Positions 50,401 through 64,000 of a DNA stretch of 64,000 nucleotides are shown one piece after another. The notes beneath the pieces are model-generated. The model did not search any database and was not told where the DNA came from. It saw only the letters and a list, made by a program, of their open reading frames with translations. This stretch comes from Chiloscyllium plagiosum (lineage: Eukaryota). The stretch is from positions 67,087,065-67,151,064 of the forward strand of contig NC_057719.1 in assembly GCF_004010195.1 (NCBI RefSeq), read 5' to 3'. A program made the position numbers and the translations under genes. Position 1 is the first letter of the stretch. Each line of letters begins with the position of its first letter.

Positions 50401-51879
50401 TTTCATCTTAAGCCTTCAAGATTTCATAAGTGAAAACTTGCAATGGTCATTAAATTAATTGGGATTGGGTCCATCTTCTAGTTTGAATTTTTAAAACAAA
50501 AAAAATCCTGAAAATCCATTTGGCACCAGATGCAAATCACACTTGATTTCACGCGACCACCTGCACTTGCTTGGCCGATTTTTGCATGAATTGTACCAAA
50601 AATGGGTGACTTCGCATACTTCAGTATCCACCATCCATAAATTCCAGGATCATTTCAACTGACCCAGAAAGAAAAAGAAAGCAGAAACAATTTCATCTTT
50701 AATCCAGAAAGCTTTACACATCACCAAAGCTAATGATCATTTTGAAAGAAAATCATACCTGAACTAGGAATCTAATCTTCGGTCTCAGATCTAAATGCAC
50801 ACTATGTTGTGTTTTAATAGGGGCTCAACAGCAATCTACTAATACAAAAGAATTTTGACTGCTGGAATCTCAAAAACTTCACCATCGTTGCATACAATGT
50901 GACACAATAGGATGGATCTATTTGCAAATTAATCAATAATATCCATTTTACGCTGGCAAATTGACAAAGTGGGTTTACTGACAGCAGAGAGAGGTTTCAT
51001 TGTATTCTACATCTTTAATATTATCTGTTACTCTTCGGCAGCAGTTTGTGAACTCCTAAAGCAGGATTTATTAAGCGCCACAAATCTAACTGCACTAGTT
51101 AAGCTGAATTCACAAAATCATCACTGCTAACAGTCAACAGTTAACAGATGAGATTAGAAAACCGACAGTTGTATCTCATCACGATCATAAACCATGCACA
51201 TCCGTTTTCGCTGAATGTATAAAGCATTTGTAACCAGTTGAATTAATTATTTGTCGCTTGCAAAACACAAACAAAATGGAAAAGCAGTGGGTGTGGTGGG
51301 TCGAAGTAGCCCTGATGATAAAGGATGGCCAAAAGCCAGTAGCGAGGAAGAATCTTGGCTCAGAAGATCAGGAAGCAGAAACAGTATGAGTTAAGCAAGG
51401 AGTAGAAAACATTAGTCAGAGTAGTTAATAGATCTCCTACAGCAACAACAAATATCTATAGTAGCATGCTTAATTTTGAAAAAAAAAAGTCCCAAGCCTC
51501 ACAGGAGCATTATAAAACAAAATATGTCACTGAGCCACATTTGAACCCTAGCAGTCGCTATACTTATGGGCTGAGTATTAATCAAGAAATAAAGAGAAGA
51601 ATGACACTATGGGGACCTTTAACTTTAACTTTCACATGGACTAGAAAAGGGAAATTGGTCAAAGGTAGTTTTGAGGTTTAGTTCATTTAATGACAGTTTC
51701 CTAGATCTATGTATCAGGGAACTAAGCATGGAATGGGATGTTTTAGATTCAAAAACAGAAACTGCTGGAAAATCTCTGCAGGTCTGGCAGCATCTGTGGA
51801 GAGAAATCAGAGTTAACATTTCTGGTCCAGTGACCCTTCCTCACAATGGATGTTTACACAGGATGTTTTAGATCTCATC

Positions 51880-54200
51880 TTGTGCAATGAGACAGACTGA
51901 ATTAGTTTTCCCATAGTAAGGGATCCTCTGGAAAGGGTGATCATATTATGATTAATTTTAGATCAACTTTGAGTGTGCCATATTGAAGTCCAAAGTTATG
52001 GTCTTAAATAAAGCTAGCTACTTAGGTATGGTGGTGTGGAGGTGAGATGGCCTAATGGACTGAGAAATCAGATTAAAAAATGCAGTGGTAGGTAAGCAAT
52101 GAAAAACATTTTTAAAAAATTCAACATTCTCACTGATTGACAATCCTTTAAGAAACAAAACTTACATGAGAAAATTTCTCTACCCATGGCTAACTTAACA
52201 AGTTACAAATTGCATTAGGTTAAAAGAGGTTTATAATAATTTCAATTAGCAAGGCTGAGAACTAGTTGAAAGTTTTAGAAACTAGCAAAGGATGATCAAA
52301 AATGGTAAGGAATGAGAATATGAATAAATTAATAAAAGATACAAAAACAAATAGAAGACCTTCTAGAAAGAACAATAAAAGTAAACATGATCTCTCAAAG
52401 ACTGAGACAAGACAAATAAGAAATAAACAAGGAACACAAAAATGACAAAAGACTTTGAACACATATTTTGCATGTGTTTTCACAATAGCGGTCACAAAAA
52501 CATACCAGAAATAGTGGGAACCACAGGTAGTAGTAAAATCAAAACACATTTGCACAGAAAAATCACTGGAGATCTTACTGAAGTTAAAAACCAACAAATG
52601 TTTCGGACCCAAACCCAGATCTGAAGACTCATATTGGAATTAAAGTGTTACCACTGTTTCTTTTTCCAGGATGTTCCCAGATCTGCTGAGTTTCCTCTAT
52701 AAAATGATTGGTTTTTATTTCACATTTCTCATGCCCACAATATTTTCCAATTACATTGGAACTGACATTTGACAGCTAAGGCACATCTCAGGTAACTTCC
52801 AATACAGTGACCACAATGAATCTTCCAAAATTCCCCACATTCTGGAAGGTTCTTAGTGGATTGCAAGTCAGCAAGTATAACCTTGCTATTCAAGAGGGGG
52901 AGTAAGAAAACAAGGAACTATAAGTCAGTTAACCTGACATTACAAGTCAAGAAAATGCAGCAATCTACTATGAAGAAAATGATAACAGGACTCTTTGAAA
53001 ATCAAGATAAGAATAAGCATGGTCAATATGGTTTTGAGAAAGGTTAATCTGTTTTAACTGGCTTATATGTGTTTTCTTGAGGATATAAAAAAAGGTAGAT
53101 AAAGGGAAAGCAGTAGATGTAGCACACACAAATTTTAATAAGTTAATCATGAAAGCAACACATGAATGCTTGTTACACAAGGTAGGTGTTAATGGGGTTA
53201 GAAAGGATAGAGGGTTGCTTGAAGGATGAAACACAGTCAGAATAATAGTATAATGCTGTTTGTCAGGGGACCATAATAAGATGACATAAGGATCAGTGCT
53301 GTGGCTTTAGCTATTTACAATCCATATTACTGACTCGATAAAAGGGCTGAGTATAATGTATCCACATTTGCTGACAATACATAGATAGATGAGAAAATAT
53401 AGTAAGAGAAGGATGCAGAATTTGTAAAGGGATTTTGGACTGATCAAGTGAGTGGATAAAATTGCGGAGGGAATATAATTGAAGAAATGTGTTTACTTTG
53501 GTAGGAAGGTTACAAGAATTAAATAATGAGAAATTAATAAATACTGTGTTCAGAAGAATTTGCAGGTCATTCTACAAGAATCACAATGTTAATATAAAAG
53601 GTAGTGCAAGAAATTGGGAAGACAGATAGCATGTCGGGTTTTTGTTGCAGATGGGCTTGAATAGAAGATTAAGAAAACTTTAATGCAATTGTGTAGATCT
53701 TTGATGAGCTCACTTCTAGGGTATTGTGCACAGTAAGCATGAAAGAGCATACTTATCTTAGGCAGGGTTCAATGAAGATTCAGTGCATTGATTCCTCAGA
53801 TTAATGAGTTGTCCTACGAGAAAAGATTGAGCAGTACAGGCCTAAACTCTCCCAACATTTTGAAGAATGAGGGATGATCTCACTGGAACAGAAGTTTGGG
53901 AGGATAGAATACAGAGTCTGTGTCCAACGGATGCAGAGTACAGAAAAACAGGTCATCATCTCAGGTTAATGGGATTTTAGGACTTTTAGTCCATTTAGGA
54001 CTAAAACATGGAGAGATTTCTTCACTCAGAGAAATGTGAACTTTGGACATTCTCTACCAAAGTTGTGACTAGATATTTTGGACTCTAATGGAATCAAGGG
54101 ATGTGCGAATATGGCAGGACACTGAAGATGAGATAGATTATGTAAGTCATTGCCTTACTGAATATGTAGGTTCAAGAGTCAGTTTTTGCTCCTGTTCCTT
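51880..54200 (+). mobile_element. Old heavily mutated CR1 ORF2 copy
   Basis: ITLLFKRGSKKTRNYKSVNLT and HGQYGFEKG (ORF 52856-53047), plus further RT and 3' remnants. Confidence 0.6.
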
Positions 54201-55509
54201 ATGTTTCAAATCCCTTATGGCTAAGTACATGGATGAAAACATTACAAATTTTTACTCTATGGGAACTAAAATGGACATCAAATGCAAACTAGCTTAAACT
54301 TTAAAACTATTTCACTGGTCTTACATCTCTCCATATTTCAGCTGAAGTGGAGTCTTCTAATGATCTATTAATCTATTTATATCACTGCAGAAATGATGAC
54401 TCAAGCTGAGTAATTTGAATACAGGGAATTTATTAAGCAAAAGATTGTGCCTGGCTAGGTTACAAAATTTCCAATGTAATGCCCTTAATGTAGAAAAAAT
54501 GCCCAAAATCTTTTTGATGAATTGAAAAAAATGGACAAGAGAAATGCTGCGATGGTGTGTTTTAAGGACAACTTAAAGGAATAAAAAGAGTTAGTGATTC
54601 GCCATAGGCCTTGTAGAGGTTATTACACATGGAATAAAAAGAGATGGAGTACCTTTGGTAAGCCTAGTGAGAGTCTTTCCCGGTCATGATAGTAGCACAG
54701 ATGGAGTATAAATTTTTGACTCATCATTTTTAATACCCGGGACCTTTCATGGACTAAAATGGTTTGGAAAAAGGAAAACTTAAGATGGCCATCATGAGTA
54801 CCTGATCCAGTTCAGCCAAGCTTGTGATTTGCTTAAGTATATAATTCTGATATTTTAAGTCAGTTGTTGCTTGACATCCAGAAGCAAAGTAACTCCACGC
54901 TGAGTTAACAGTCTGCCTTGACCTTTCAAGTTGCTGGTTGTAAAAAGGCCTATCCTTCATTTGTCACTAGGTCAAGCTCACCAGGGAGATGGTGTTGGGC
55001 ACTGTCCTCTGGCTAGGTGCAGCTCAGATAAACTGATTTTTAATACCTCTGATTATAAATTTACAAGTTTTGATAAATTCAATTATTCTCCTCTCCTGTC
55101 TTCCTTAATTTCTTGAGTGGTGCTTGTGTGCATGAATGGAGTAGTGAAGCAACTTCCCTGTGTTTTGAATATTTTATCGACGCACAATAATAAATCAGAT
55201 ACATTTGATTTAATCAAAAGGAATATATTACATAAAACCTTGCTGTTTCAGGTTTAAGAGGGGGAGAGCAATCATAATTGAGATGCACCCACATTCAACT
55301 TTCATCCATGAAACACTAGTTAAACTTGACTTATAGAGTGAACTTCTTAGAGGATTGGTAAAAGTGAGTACAGTCCCAAGACTGCTGACAGACAGGATCG
55401 AAATATAGTTGAGAAACATTTTGAATGGCAGCAAGATAGTTCTCTCATTCAGGAATTAATAGGTGAGAGACCCAGAATTAGAACTTAGGTGATATAAGTA
55501 GATAAATAG

Positions 55510-55795
55510 TGGGCAGCACGGTGGCACAGCGCCAGAAACCCGGGTTCAATTCCTGTCTCAGGTGACTGTGTGGAGTTTGCACATTCTCCCCGTGTCTGCG
55601 TGGGTTTCCTCCAGGTGCTCTGGTTTCCTCCCACAGTCCAAAAATGTGCAGATTGGGGGAATTGGCCACGCTAAATTGCCTGTAGTGTTAGGTGAAGGGG
55701 TAAATGTAGGGGAATGGGTCTGGGTGGGTTGCACTTCGGCGGCTCGGTGTGGACTTGTTGGGCTGAAGGGCCGGTTTCCACACTGTAAGTAATCT
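55510..55795 (+). mobile_element. HE1-type V-SINE
   Basis: gggcagcacggtggcacag...gggttcaattcc and V-domain. Confidence 0.88.
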
Positions 55796-55849
55796 GTAAA
55801 ATGGCACTGAGAAATTAAGTGGTACAAAGTGGCAGCCATCCACTGGATT

Positions 55850-57480
55850 TGACAATGTGCATCCTAGGAATTTGGAAGAGGGAGCTGCAGAGATAGTGGA
55901 TTTTACAGTATTAATTAACTTATAGAATAGCTCTCAAAGGTTGGCAGGTAACCTCGTTATTTAAGAACTGTACAAGTATGAAAATGGAAAATATCAGCCA
56001 TATGATCTAAGAGTAATGGCAGGCAAAATGTTAAAAACTATTAGGAATCTTGTGTTTGAAAGTGACATATTTAATTAGAGATGATGAGGAATTTTGAAAG
56101 GAAGGCATGCTTGACCAATCTTTTAAAGAGTTTTTTAAGAACGCAACTAGTAAGATGGATAAGGCAATATGAGGTCATAGAATCATTGAATCATACTGCA
56201 CAGAAGAAGCTCTTCAGACAAATCAGTCTGTACAGCCAATAAGACAATAATACCTACACTAATCCCCCTTTCCCACCTGGCCAGGCCAAGAAGCAGACTT
56301 ATGAAGAGGTCTTGCGATCTGCCCACACCCCTCCATAGTTCAAGAGTGTAGAACTGAAGTGCAACCAAAAGCAACGGGCCTTCTTTTTTCTTCTTGGTTC
56401 TGCTTTTTGTTTTTTCCTTAAAACTTAGTTTCTAATGAGTCTGTTCAGAGATATTATTATATACCCCTAAAGCATTGGGACTTGAATCTGGGTCTCCCGT
56501 TTCAGGGGTAGGGACACCACCACTGCAAGAGGGTCCCAGGCATTTAAATAGCTGAGGTTCTATCCATGGGTGGTCTCAGCTAGCAGCTGAACACAGTGAT
56601 CAATTGTGACAGTTTAAAAATGTTCACCTATTCTTGCTAATCAACCTATTCAAAGATGTTATTACATACCCCTAGAGCAGGTGGGACTTGAACCGTGGCA
56701 CACCTGGTCCAGCAGTAGGTATACTACAATTGCACCTACCAATTGTGCCAAAAAGGGTTCAGACGATGAGTTCCAGCTGGCAAGGCCACTGCCTGTTACC
56801 AAGGAAACTCATACTCGATAAGCTTACCAGTAGATTAGTTAGTGATTCGCCATAGGCCTTGTAGAGGTTATTACACATGGGTTGAAGATTGGTTAAAAGA
56901 TAAAAAAAGAAATAAATGCAATTTGGTTGGGTTGGGAAGCTGTAGTGAGTCTCAACTATTTCTTGTCCATGTTAATGACTTAGTGTAACACTTCAACATT
57001 TGCTGATAACAAAGTTAGGTGGCAAAGCAAGAGCCAAGAGGGATGCAAATAAGCTGCAGAGGGATACACAAAAGGTTGGGCAACTGGATAACAACATGGC
57101 AGATGCAATGTGATGAATTATGAAACTATCCAGTTTAGTAGGAAAAAACTTTCGAAAGCAGAGAACTTTTGGAATGCTGAGATTGAAAAATGCTTTGTCC
57201 TCATACATGAATCATAAAGTTAGCATGCAGGCACTTCAAGAAATCAGGAAGGCAAATATTGTTTTCATTACAAAGGAATTAGAATCTTCCTACAATGATA
57301 CCAGGCATTGGTGGAGCTACACTTGGAGGGATGTGTGCAGTTCTGGTCTCTGTGCTTAGAGAAGGAATTTATTGAGCTTTTTCGAGGGGAATTAATGTTG
57401 AGCTCCTGTTAGGGGGAGGTTATTCTGTGAGGAGAAAATCATTAGCTCCATAGTCCTAAAGCTCTAAAGAATGCTGACAG
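55850..57480 (+). mobile_element. Old CR1 fragments with nested short repeats (including two tRNA-like heads at ~56440-56740)
   Basis: FADNKVR-like remnant at ~57000; duplicated ttca.agat.ttatta.atacccct..agca..gggacttgaa unit. Confidence 0.45.
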
Positions 57481-60094
57481 TCATAACATATAAAGCATCT
57501 TATGAATGACACTACATTATGCAAGTTCTTCCATTTTCTTTTCATTTTTGTAAGGTGTCATTTTCAGTGTTAAATTTACTTTTTAAAACAAAAGCCTTCT
57601 CAGGAAACCTGTGCCAAATCCAATGATTGGCCCACAATCCACAACAGCAAAATACAAGGCCAGCTTGGAATTCACCCACAATAAAGATGAGTGCAAAGAG
57701 TTTCCTTTAGATCCTCGTTACCTGAGCTCAACCAAATCCTCAGTCTCATCATCAAAGCTGAAGGAAGGATGGAGAAGGAGTTGCAGGGGGAACTTATCAC
57801 AATGACAACTTGGGAAGAGGTTGAAAATGCTCATATTTTTATAAAAGAAAAGTGAGAGATTTTCCAGGTTGCAGAGTGAATTGTCCTTTGAAACAATTCC
57901 TATCCCTATTCTGCTGGAACTAGACCCTTCCCTTTCCTTAAGTATCTATAACTTCACCTAGCTTAACATCTCTCAGTGCTTTCACATTGCGACTTTCCTC
58001 CCTAATGCTAACCCTCACTTAAAAAGAAACTCCATCAATTCATTGCTCACTGACATGCCACAAGCCCTTGTTCAAGACTCTGAAAGTTAGCAAACCTTTC
58101 TGTCAAAGCAGCCATATAGCTAGGCATAAGACAAACCCCTCTTCTATTGTGTTATCAAGTTTTAGCACTTTTAGTACCTTTGCCATTATTATAAAATGAC
58201 AGACAGCAGGTTACTTTCTTTGTATTTTAGAAAATTAAAAAACTGTTTTAATCTTTCTGATCATGATGATGCTCACTGGGTTATGGAATTGGTTAAAAAT
58301 GAGAAAGAAATTAAGTTACATGGTTAAAATATTGCATACCATTTTAAAATGTTTCTTCCCCTTCTTAAGGCAATAATTTTAAGGTAGATGATATACCCTC
58401 AGAAGTAGAGATTACCTTTGTCTGCAGTGCAATCCATTGAAATGAGTATCCTGCCTGCCTAAAGCAAAACCACTTCAGACTGTGTTATTAAATCATAGGT
58501 CTTTCAAATTTTTGGTGCAGTACTGGACAACCTCACATTGACAAAGGAGTCAGACAAAACATTGCCTAGGGCAAAAGAACAAAGTTGACAGTTTTAGACT
58601 GATATTTTGCCCAATGTATTACTCATCTTTCCTGTGCCTACAGTCAGAAATCTTAGAAGTTCCATTTTAGTTTCAGCCCATCACAAAAGATTGCTGGCAG
58701 TCAGCTGTGCCAAAACACCTGCCCACAAAGCTTATTTGTGGTTGCATTATGAAGTGGAAATCTCAATTACCTTCTCGAATAAACCTAAGAACTCTGTGCA
58801 TCATTTCTTTTAAAATCTCAAGGGAGAACAAAGTAAGTAACACTAATCATCATCGAAGTTGGTTATTTAATACACATCATTTGCTAAGTTTTCAAAGAAT
58901 TTTGTAAAATGAAAATAATGCAAACTGTCAGAAAAGTTATGGATGAATCAATAGTCTGACATAGTTTAAAAGCTGCCTGTTATCCATTGGCATACCATAG
59001 GGAGCTTTTGTCTACCAATATCTATAGACTTCTGCCAACCATAGATTATTTTTTCAACTCCAATGCAGCTTATTATTTTGCTTTCTTGCTGCACCTAATA
59101 TAATGCAGCTTATGTTTTCTTGTCAATTTTTTCTATTCCCGAGTGGAGCAACTCTTGCTGGGGTTCAATTCTATAGGCACTCACTGGATACCTTGCTGGA
59201 TAGCACAGGTTTCCAGGATTTCACAATATTCATCTGACTCTTGAATTGATATCATAATTCTATCAGAACGTATGAAGATCCACTTTGACAAGTCTGTCCT
59301 TTTCAGTATGAAATGGCAAGATTTTAGTGATATCCTTCCCTTTAATCTACACCAAATATGCCAAAAACATATTATGTGACATATAAAATTGGTTTAATTT
59401 TTTTTAACTGAACATATTCAGTCGGCTTTAAACCTTTCAAAGCTTCTAAAAATACATTTTACTCACACTTTATGAAGTAGGTTTACAAAAAATCACATAC
59501 ACTTAAACAAAAACCTGATGTTTGCAGTAATCAGCTTCAATAAACCATTTATGGATAAAAATTGCAAGCCTTTGCAAGGTTGCAGATCAAGGTTTCGAAG
59601 CCAAAGATACGGTAACATAACATATGCAGAAACTAGCAGTCAAGTCTTCCAATTTACCATAATTTTACTTTTACAGCATTTGTGCTTCTGAAATCCTATA
59701 TTTCTACACAGCATTAGTCTCATGTACATATCCATTATTCCTTCAGTACATCTATTCAAAGGACTGACGTTTCCTCCTACACAATGCCAGTGGTAGATTT
59801 TTAAAGAAGGAAAATTACTGCGAGGCATTTAAAACCTTTACTTGAATGGCATTTAAAAGTCTTAATAAACCTTAATGCCGGAGGAAAATGAGCACTCAAG
59901 CTACTTGGTCATTATTTAATGTTGAAATATTCATTCTCAATCCACCAAATGAATGGGTTCCTTCTGAAGTTGCACCACAATATGTTAGCTTCTCACTGTC
60001 AACACAGAGCATATCTGGCAAGTACCTGCTCTGGAATACTTTGTCAGAGATGACCTAAACCAAATCATTTTACACCCTCCTTTGTGCTACTTAC

Positions 60095-60144
60095 TTGAAA
60101 ACCATCATCAGGAACTGCTGCTTCATTGAAAGTTTCTTGGCAAC
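60095..60144 (-). CDS. SPRED1: SPRED1 short internal coding exon (equivalent of human exon 4), 50 nt
   Basis: ttttatttgtctgcag|GTTGCCAAGAA...GGTTTTCAA|gtaagt translates in phase 1 to GCQETFNEAAVPDDGFQ, similar to human GCPESKNEAEGADDLQ. It ends in phase 0, in frame with the 42162-42323 exon. Confidence 0.88.
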
Positions 60145-60729
60145 CTGCAGACAAATAAAACATTGATACTATCAGATTCCAACTTATTTCACCACACCTG
60201 TCGTCATTCTTTGAAATTTATAATAATAGTTTTCAATTAGATCCACTCAACCGTGTTTTAAAAATTATTGTCTGGTGGGGTATGTCAGCTAATAAACAGA
60301 CAATGATGGTGGATAAAATCGACAGCAACCACTATGTAAAAGGCTGCTGGTATTTACGTTTCTGTAACTTCGTTTACTGACACTTAAGCGCAGATGGAGT
60401 TTTACAACAATCGGTTAACAGTTTCATGGTCACTCGCTGACACTAGCTTTCAATTCCAGATTTTCTTAACCAAATTGACATTCCAGCAGCTGCTTGGTGG
60501 GATTTTGAATGCGTCCCCAGGACCTAAGACTGGGCCTCCTAGTCCAGTAAGATGACCACTAGACTACCATTCACAATTCACAATTGCTACAAGAAGGTAG
60601 AATTGATAAAATCTGTGAAGAAAATATTGATGACCCAAGTCAGAAGAAAGATTTCGTGCAGTCTAACAAGAAGCTAATGGAGGCTTTGAAATAAAAACAC
60701 ATAAGAGTTAAAAGGTTACTCCAGTTTAG

Positions 60730-61023
60730 ACTAGATTCCCTAGTGTGGAAACAGGCCCTTCGGCCCAACAAGTTCACACCGACCCTCCAAAGAGTAACTT
60801 ACCCAGACCCATTTCCCTCTGACTAATGCACCTAGCACTATGGACAATTTAGCATGGCCAATTCACCTGACCTGCTCATCTTTGGACTGTGTGAGGAAAC
60901 CAGAGCAGCTGGAGGAAACCCACGCAGAAACGGGGAGAATGTGCAAACTCCACACAGACAGTCGCCCAAGGCTGGAATCGAACCTGGGACTCTGGTGCTG
61001 TGAGGCAGCAGTGCTAACCACTT
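60730..61023 (-). mobile_element. HE1-type V-SINE
   Basis: Same family as 8635-8964. Confidence 0.88.
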
Positions 61024-61489
61024 GGGAAGAGATAGTAGCAATGTTGGAGGAATTTGACAAAGCCTTATTTCTTTATTTTAAATTAAGTTGCACATCAGAC
61101 CAGAAGTAAAATCATACAGGATGCAGAATCATTCCAAGAAGTTCAAAGTTTTGCACTACACTTCTTGCCTTTTGTGTAAAACATGCTTGAGATTCTCCTT
61201 TTTGGGATCTTGCATTGGGTATTATAATGTTGTTAAGATAAGGAGACTGAAACCTGTTTGCAACATTACGTCAACGAAATGAGCTAATACTTCCATACTT
61301 TCCAGGAAACTTCAAAGTTTCCTTCAACATGCAGAATGGTGACAGTGAAGGAAGTTTGATTGTCTAATTAAACGACAACTTTTAATAGTTAATTCACATG
61401 CAGAAACCTCTCAGCTTTGAGCAGTCATGTTGTGAAGAAATTTAATACTGAACTAGCGTGGGTCAGGGACAAAGAGAAAACAATAAGAA

Positions 61490-61780
61490 TCGTAAAATCC
61501 CTACAGTGTGGAAACAGGCCCTTTCGCCCAGCAAGTGTACACTGACCCTCCGAAGTGTATCCCACCCAGATCCATTCCCTTTTTACTCTACATTTACCCC
61601 TGACTAATACCCCAAACTTACATATCCCTGAACACTATAGGCAATTTAGCATGGCCAGTTCACCTAACCTGCACATCTTTGGACTGTGGCAAGAAACCGG
61701 AGCACTCGAAGAAACCCACATAGATATGGGGAGAATGTGCAAACTGCACACACAGTTGCCTAAGGCTGGAAAAGAACCCA
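61490..61780 (-). mobile_element. HE1-type V-SINE (5'-truncated)
   Basis: Same family as 8635-8964. Confidence 0.82.
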
Positions 61781-63014
61781 GAATGAACTGGTGATGTTTC
61801 ATCAGTTTGGCTCATCTGATTATTTGCTTCGTCTTTGATTTAGTGGCAACATAAAGTAGTATTTAATGCCCATGCCTAGTTGCTCCAAGGTAATTAATAG
61901 TCAACTGCAAAGACAGAGGCTGATGTCACACATAAGGGTGACTGGCCTTTCACTGATAATATTAGTAGCCTGTTTGGATTTTTACAATAACACACCTTAT
62001 ATCCGATGCTTGCTTATAAAGTACGGATTCATTAAATTCAGTTTCACAACTTGATATATGATATGTAGATATGAACCTTGGTTTTCTTGTGAATATAGTT
62101 TTTGGTGGGTTATGTTAAAGTTCTGTACTTCAGTTTTGGATGAAACAAAGAGACAATAAATCACATCAACACAGTCCATCAAATGAATTGGTGCGACGTG
62201 ACACCTTTAAGTTTTTTTAAAAATCTGCATGACTCTTCTGTGAGTTTTCTTTTCAGTTGTAACGTGATATTTACTTTTTAGTGAAAACAAAAGTTTAGAA
62301 ATCTGGATTCAAAGTTAACTAAATGCTCAGAAAATACACATTTCATCTGGATCAAGAACCTCATGTCCTGTTTTTTTTTTTAGCAATTTGGCTATTCAGC
62401 CAACTTCATCTGGGATGGTTTTTATAAATTCAAAGGGTCTAGGAAAATATAAGGAAACCTGATTTCATACAATTACTTGCTATCCAGTGACATATAATGG
62501 AAGAACCATCTGCACAAGACAGAACTGAACTAGACAGTGCAGTAAAACAGTGCTTGTCAGCAAGCTAAATTTATATATGGAGAACTGCCACGTCAATAAA
62601 AATGCCAAAAAGAAGGATAAGAACAGAAATATGGATTACTAGTAGTTTGGATGTACTGGCCATAACTCACATTAATAACAAGCAGAAAATGTTTGACAAT
62701 TAGCCTTGTAATGAAAAAGATTCCTACAAACTTTCTTTACCCCAAATAATTCTGAAACTAAGTAAAAAGCACTTGTTAAGGGGCAGGGAACCATAATATA
62801 AACATCCATCCACAGACCAACATCTACGAATTTTAAAACCCTAAATATGTTGTTTTCCATTTTGACATCTAACATTCACATACCAAGAAAAAGCACGCAT
62901 AATGTTTAACTCTTTATTTCAAACACATTGCAAGAATATTTAACATTTCCCCATCACCCACTAAAATAGGTTAGCTTTGTTACATTCAAGCTATAAGTCA
63001 GCGTCCAAAATGAT

Positions 63015-63360
63015 GTAGCAGTAATACTACCAGAGTAATAATCCAGATAATAAAAAAACTAATGCTCTGTCAATCTGGAATTCAAATTAGTAGTTGATGA
63101 AATTCAAATTAATGAAATATGGAATTGAAAGCTAGTCTCAGAACTGGTGACCATGACAACTATCATCTCTGGTTATAAAAACTCATTTGGTTCCTTCAGG
63201 GCAGGAAATCTGTCTTCCCTACCTGGTTTGACCTACAGTGATGTGGTCAACTCTTAACTGCCCACGACAATGGTCAACTAAACCACTCAGATCAAGGGCA
63301 ATCAAAAAATGGTCAAAAGATGCTGACATTTTCAGAAGTGCTAATAGTTCATAATTCATT
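63015..63360 (+). mobile_element. Second tRNA-derived shark SINE family (related copy on minus at ~60385-60570)
   Basis: Shared ggaattgaaagctagtctcag..tggtgaccatga block; reverse complement at ~60424-60460. Confidence 0.5.
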
Positions 63361-64000
63361 TGTTTTATTTTCATCATTGAGGAAGGAATAGTTCAACATA
63401 AACAAAACTACCTCCTAGCAGAGCAAAGAAACCAATTAGAAGGCAGGTTATTGAGCAGAATAAAAATGTTTTTCATTTGTTATTATTAATTATTCTGTTC
63501 ATTTAATATTCTGCAACATTGCCTTTAACCCAGCATTTACGTTAAGGGAAACAAATTATTAGTTCTCCTGCGATCTGCTGAGCAGCTAGCCATTCTCTAC
63601 ATCAATTATTACTTGCAAGGGTACTTTTCGCACCAATATGGAGTGTATCACATGACAGCATTTTCACTGGGAAATAATTTACATCTAAAACTAAGCAAGC
63701 AGAAACACACAAAATGTCAACACCCACATGACAAAACAAGTTAAAAAGACACGCAGGATGCCTCTGCAACACAGCTGTAAGTGGTTGAAAGCCTACGGCA
63801 AAAGATTCAGCTTTTATGATCTTAAATATGTTAGGTTCCCCTTTGAAAGTGAACATACATATCTGAAAAAGCACAGCTACTGAAATGGCAGCTGAATACC
63901 AAATGTGAGCAATGTTGCATTTATAAAAATTGCCAATACTGTTGTTGGAAAACAAAAAGCTTAACTTTTATTTTAGAAAGGAGCGACATATATATCTGAC

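Noticed and set aside
50758..50789. Possible 32-nt minus-strand exon ending CAG|gtatga
   Set aside because: No polypyrimidine tract, frameshifting length and no SPRED similarity.
63602..63955. 117-aa ORF as SPRED1 exon 3 or another gene
   Set aside because: No EVH1 sequence (expected something like TPTFHHW...KFGLTFQSPADA) and no recognisable domain.

Overview
This is eukaryotic, repeat-rich vertebrate DNA, almost certainly from a shark: it carries HE1-type V-SINEs, CR1 LINEs and Penelope-like elements (PLEs) resembling those of carpet/bamboo sharks (taxon is inferred). The only host gene I can support is SPRED1 on the minus strand. Three coding exons are present (60095-60144, 42162-42323, 39538-40197), followed by a ~4.3 kb repeat-poor 3' UTR ending near an AATAAA at 35211-35216. 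The EVH1-coding 5' exons lie beyond the right edge. The rest is nested transposon debris: CR1, L2, SINEs, solo LTRs, Gypsy relics, a Tigger-like MITE and many PLE pieces. The most notable non-genic signal is a set of PLE-derived insertions from several families that carry minimal hammerhead-ribozyme cores (CUGANGA-stem II-GAAA-...UH). Many are built as inverted repeats flanked by 10-14 bp target-site duplications (TSDs), and some are linked in cis to RT/GIY-YIG coding remnants. One lies just past the SPRED1 poly(A) site and a relic lies inside the 3' UTR. Other observations: three short locally templated insertions, apparent absence of the equivalent of human SPRED1 exon 6, and a candidate alternative/poison exon. 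All calls are by eye with no database search, and repeat boundaries are approximate unless a TSD is given.
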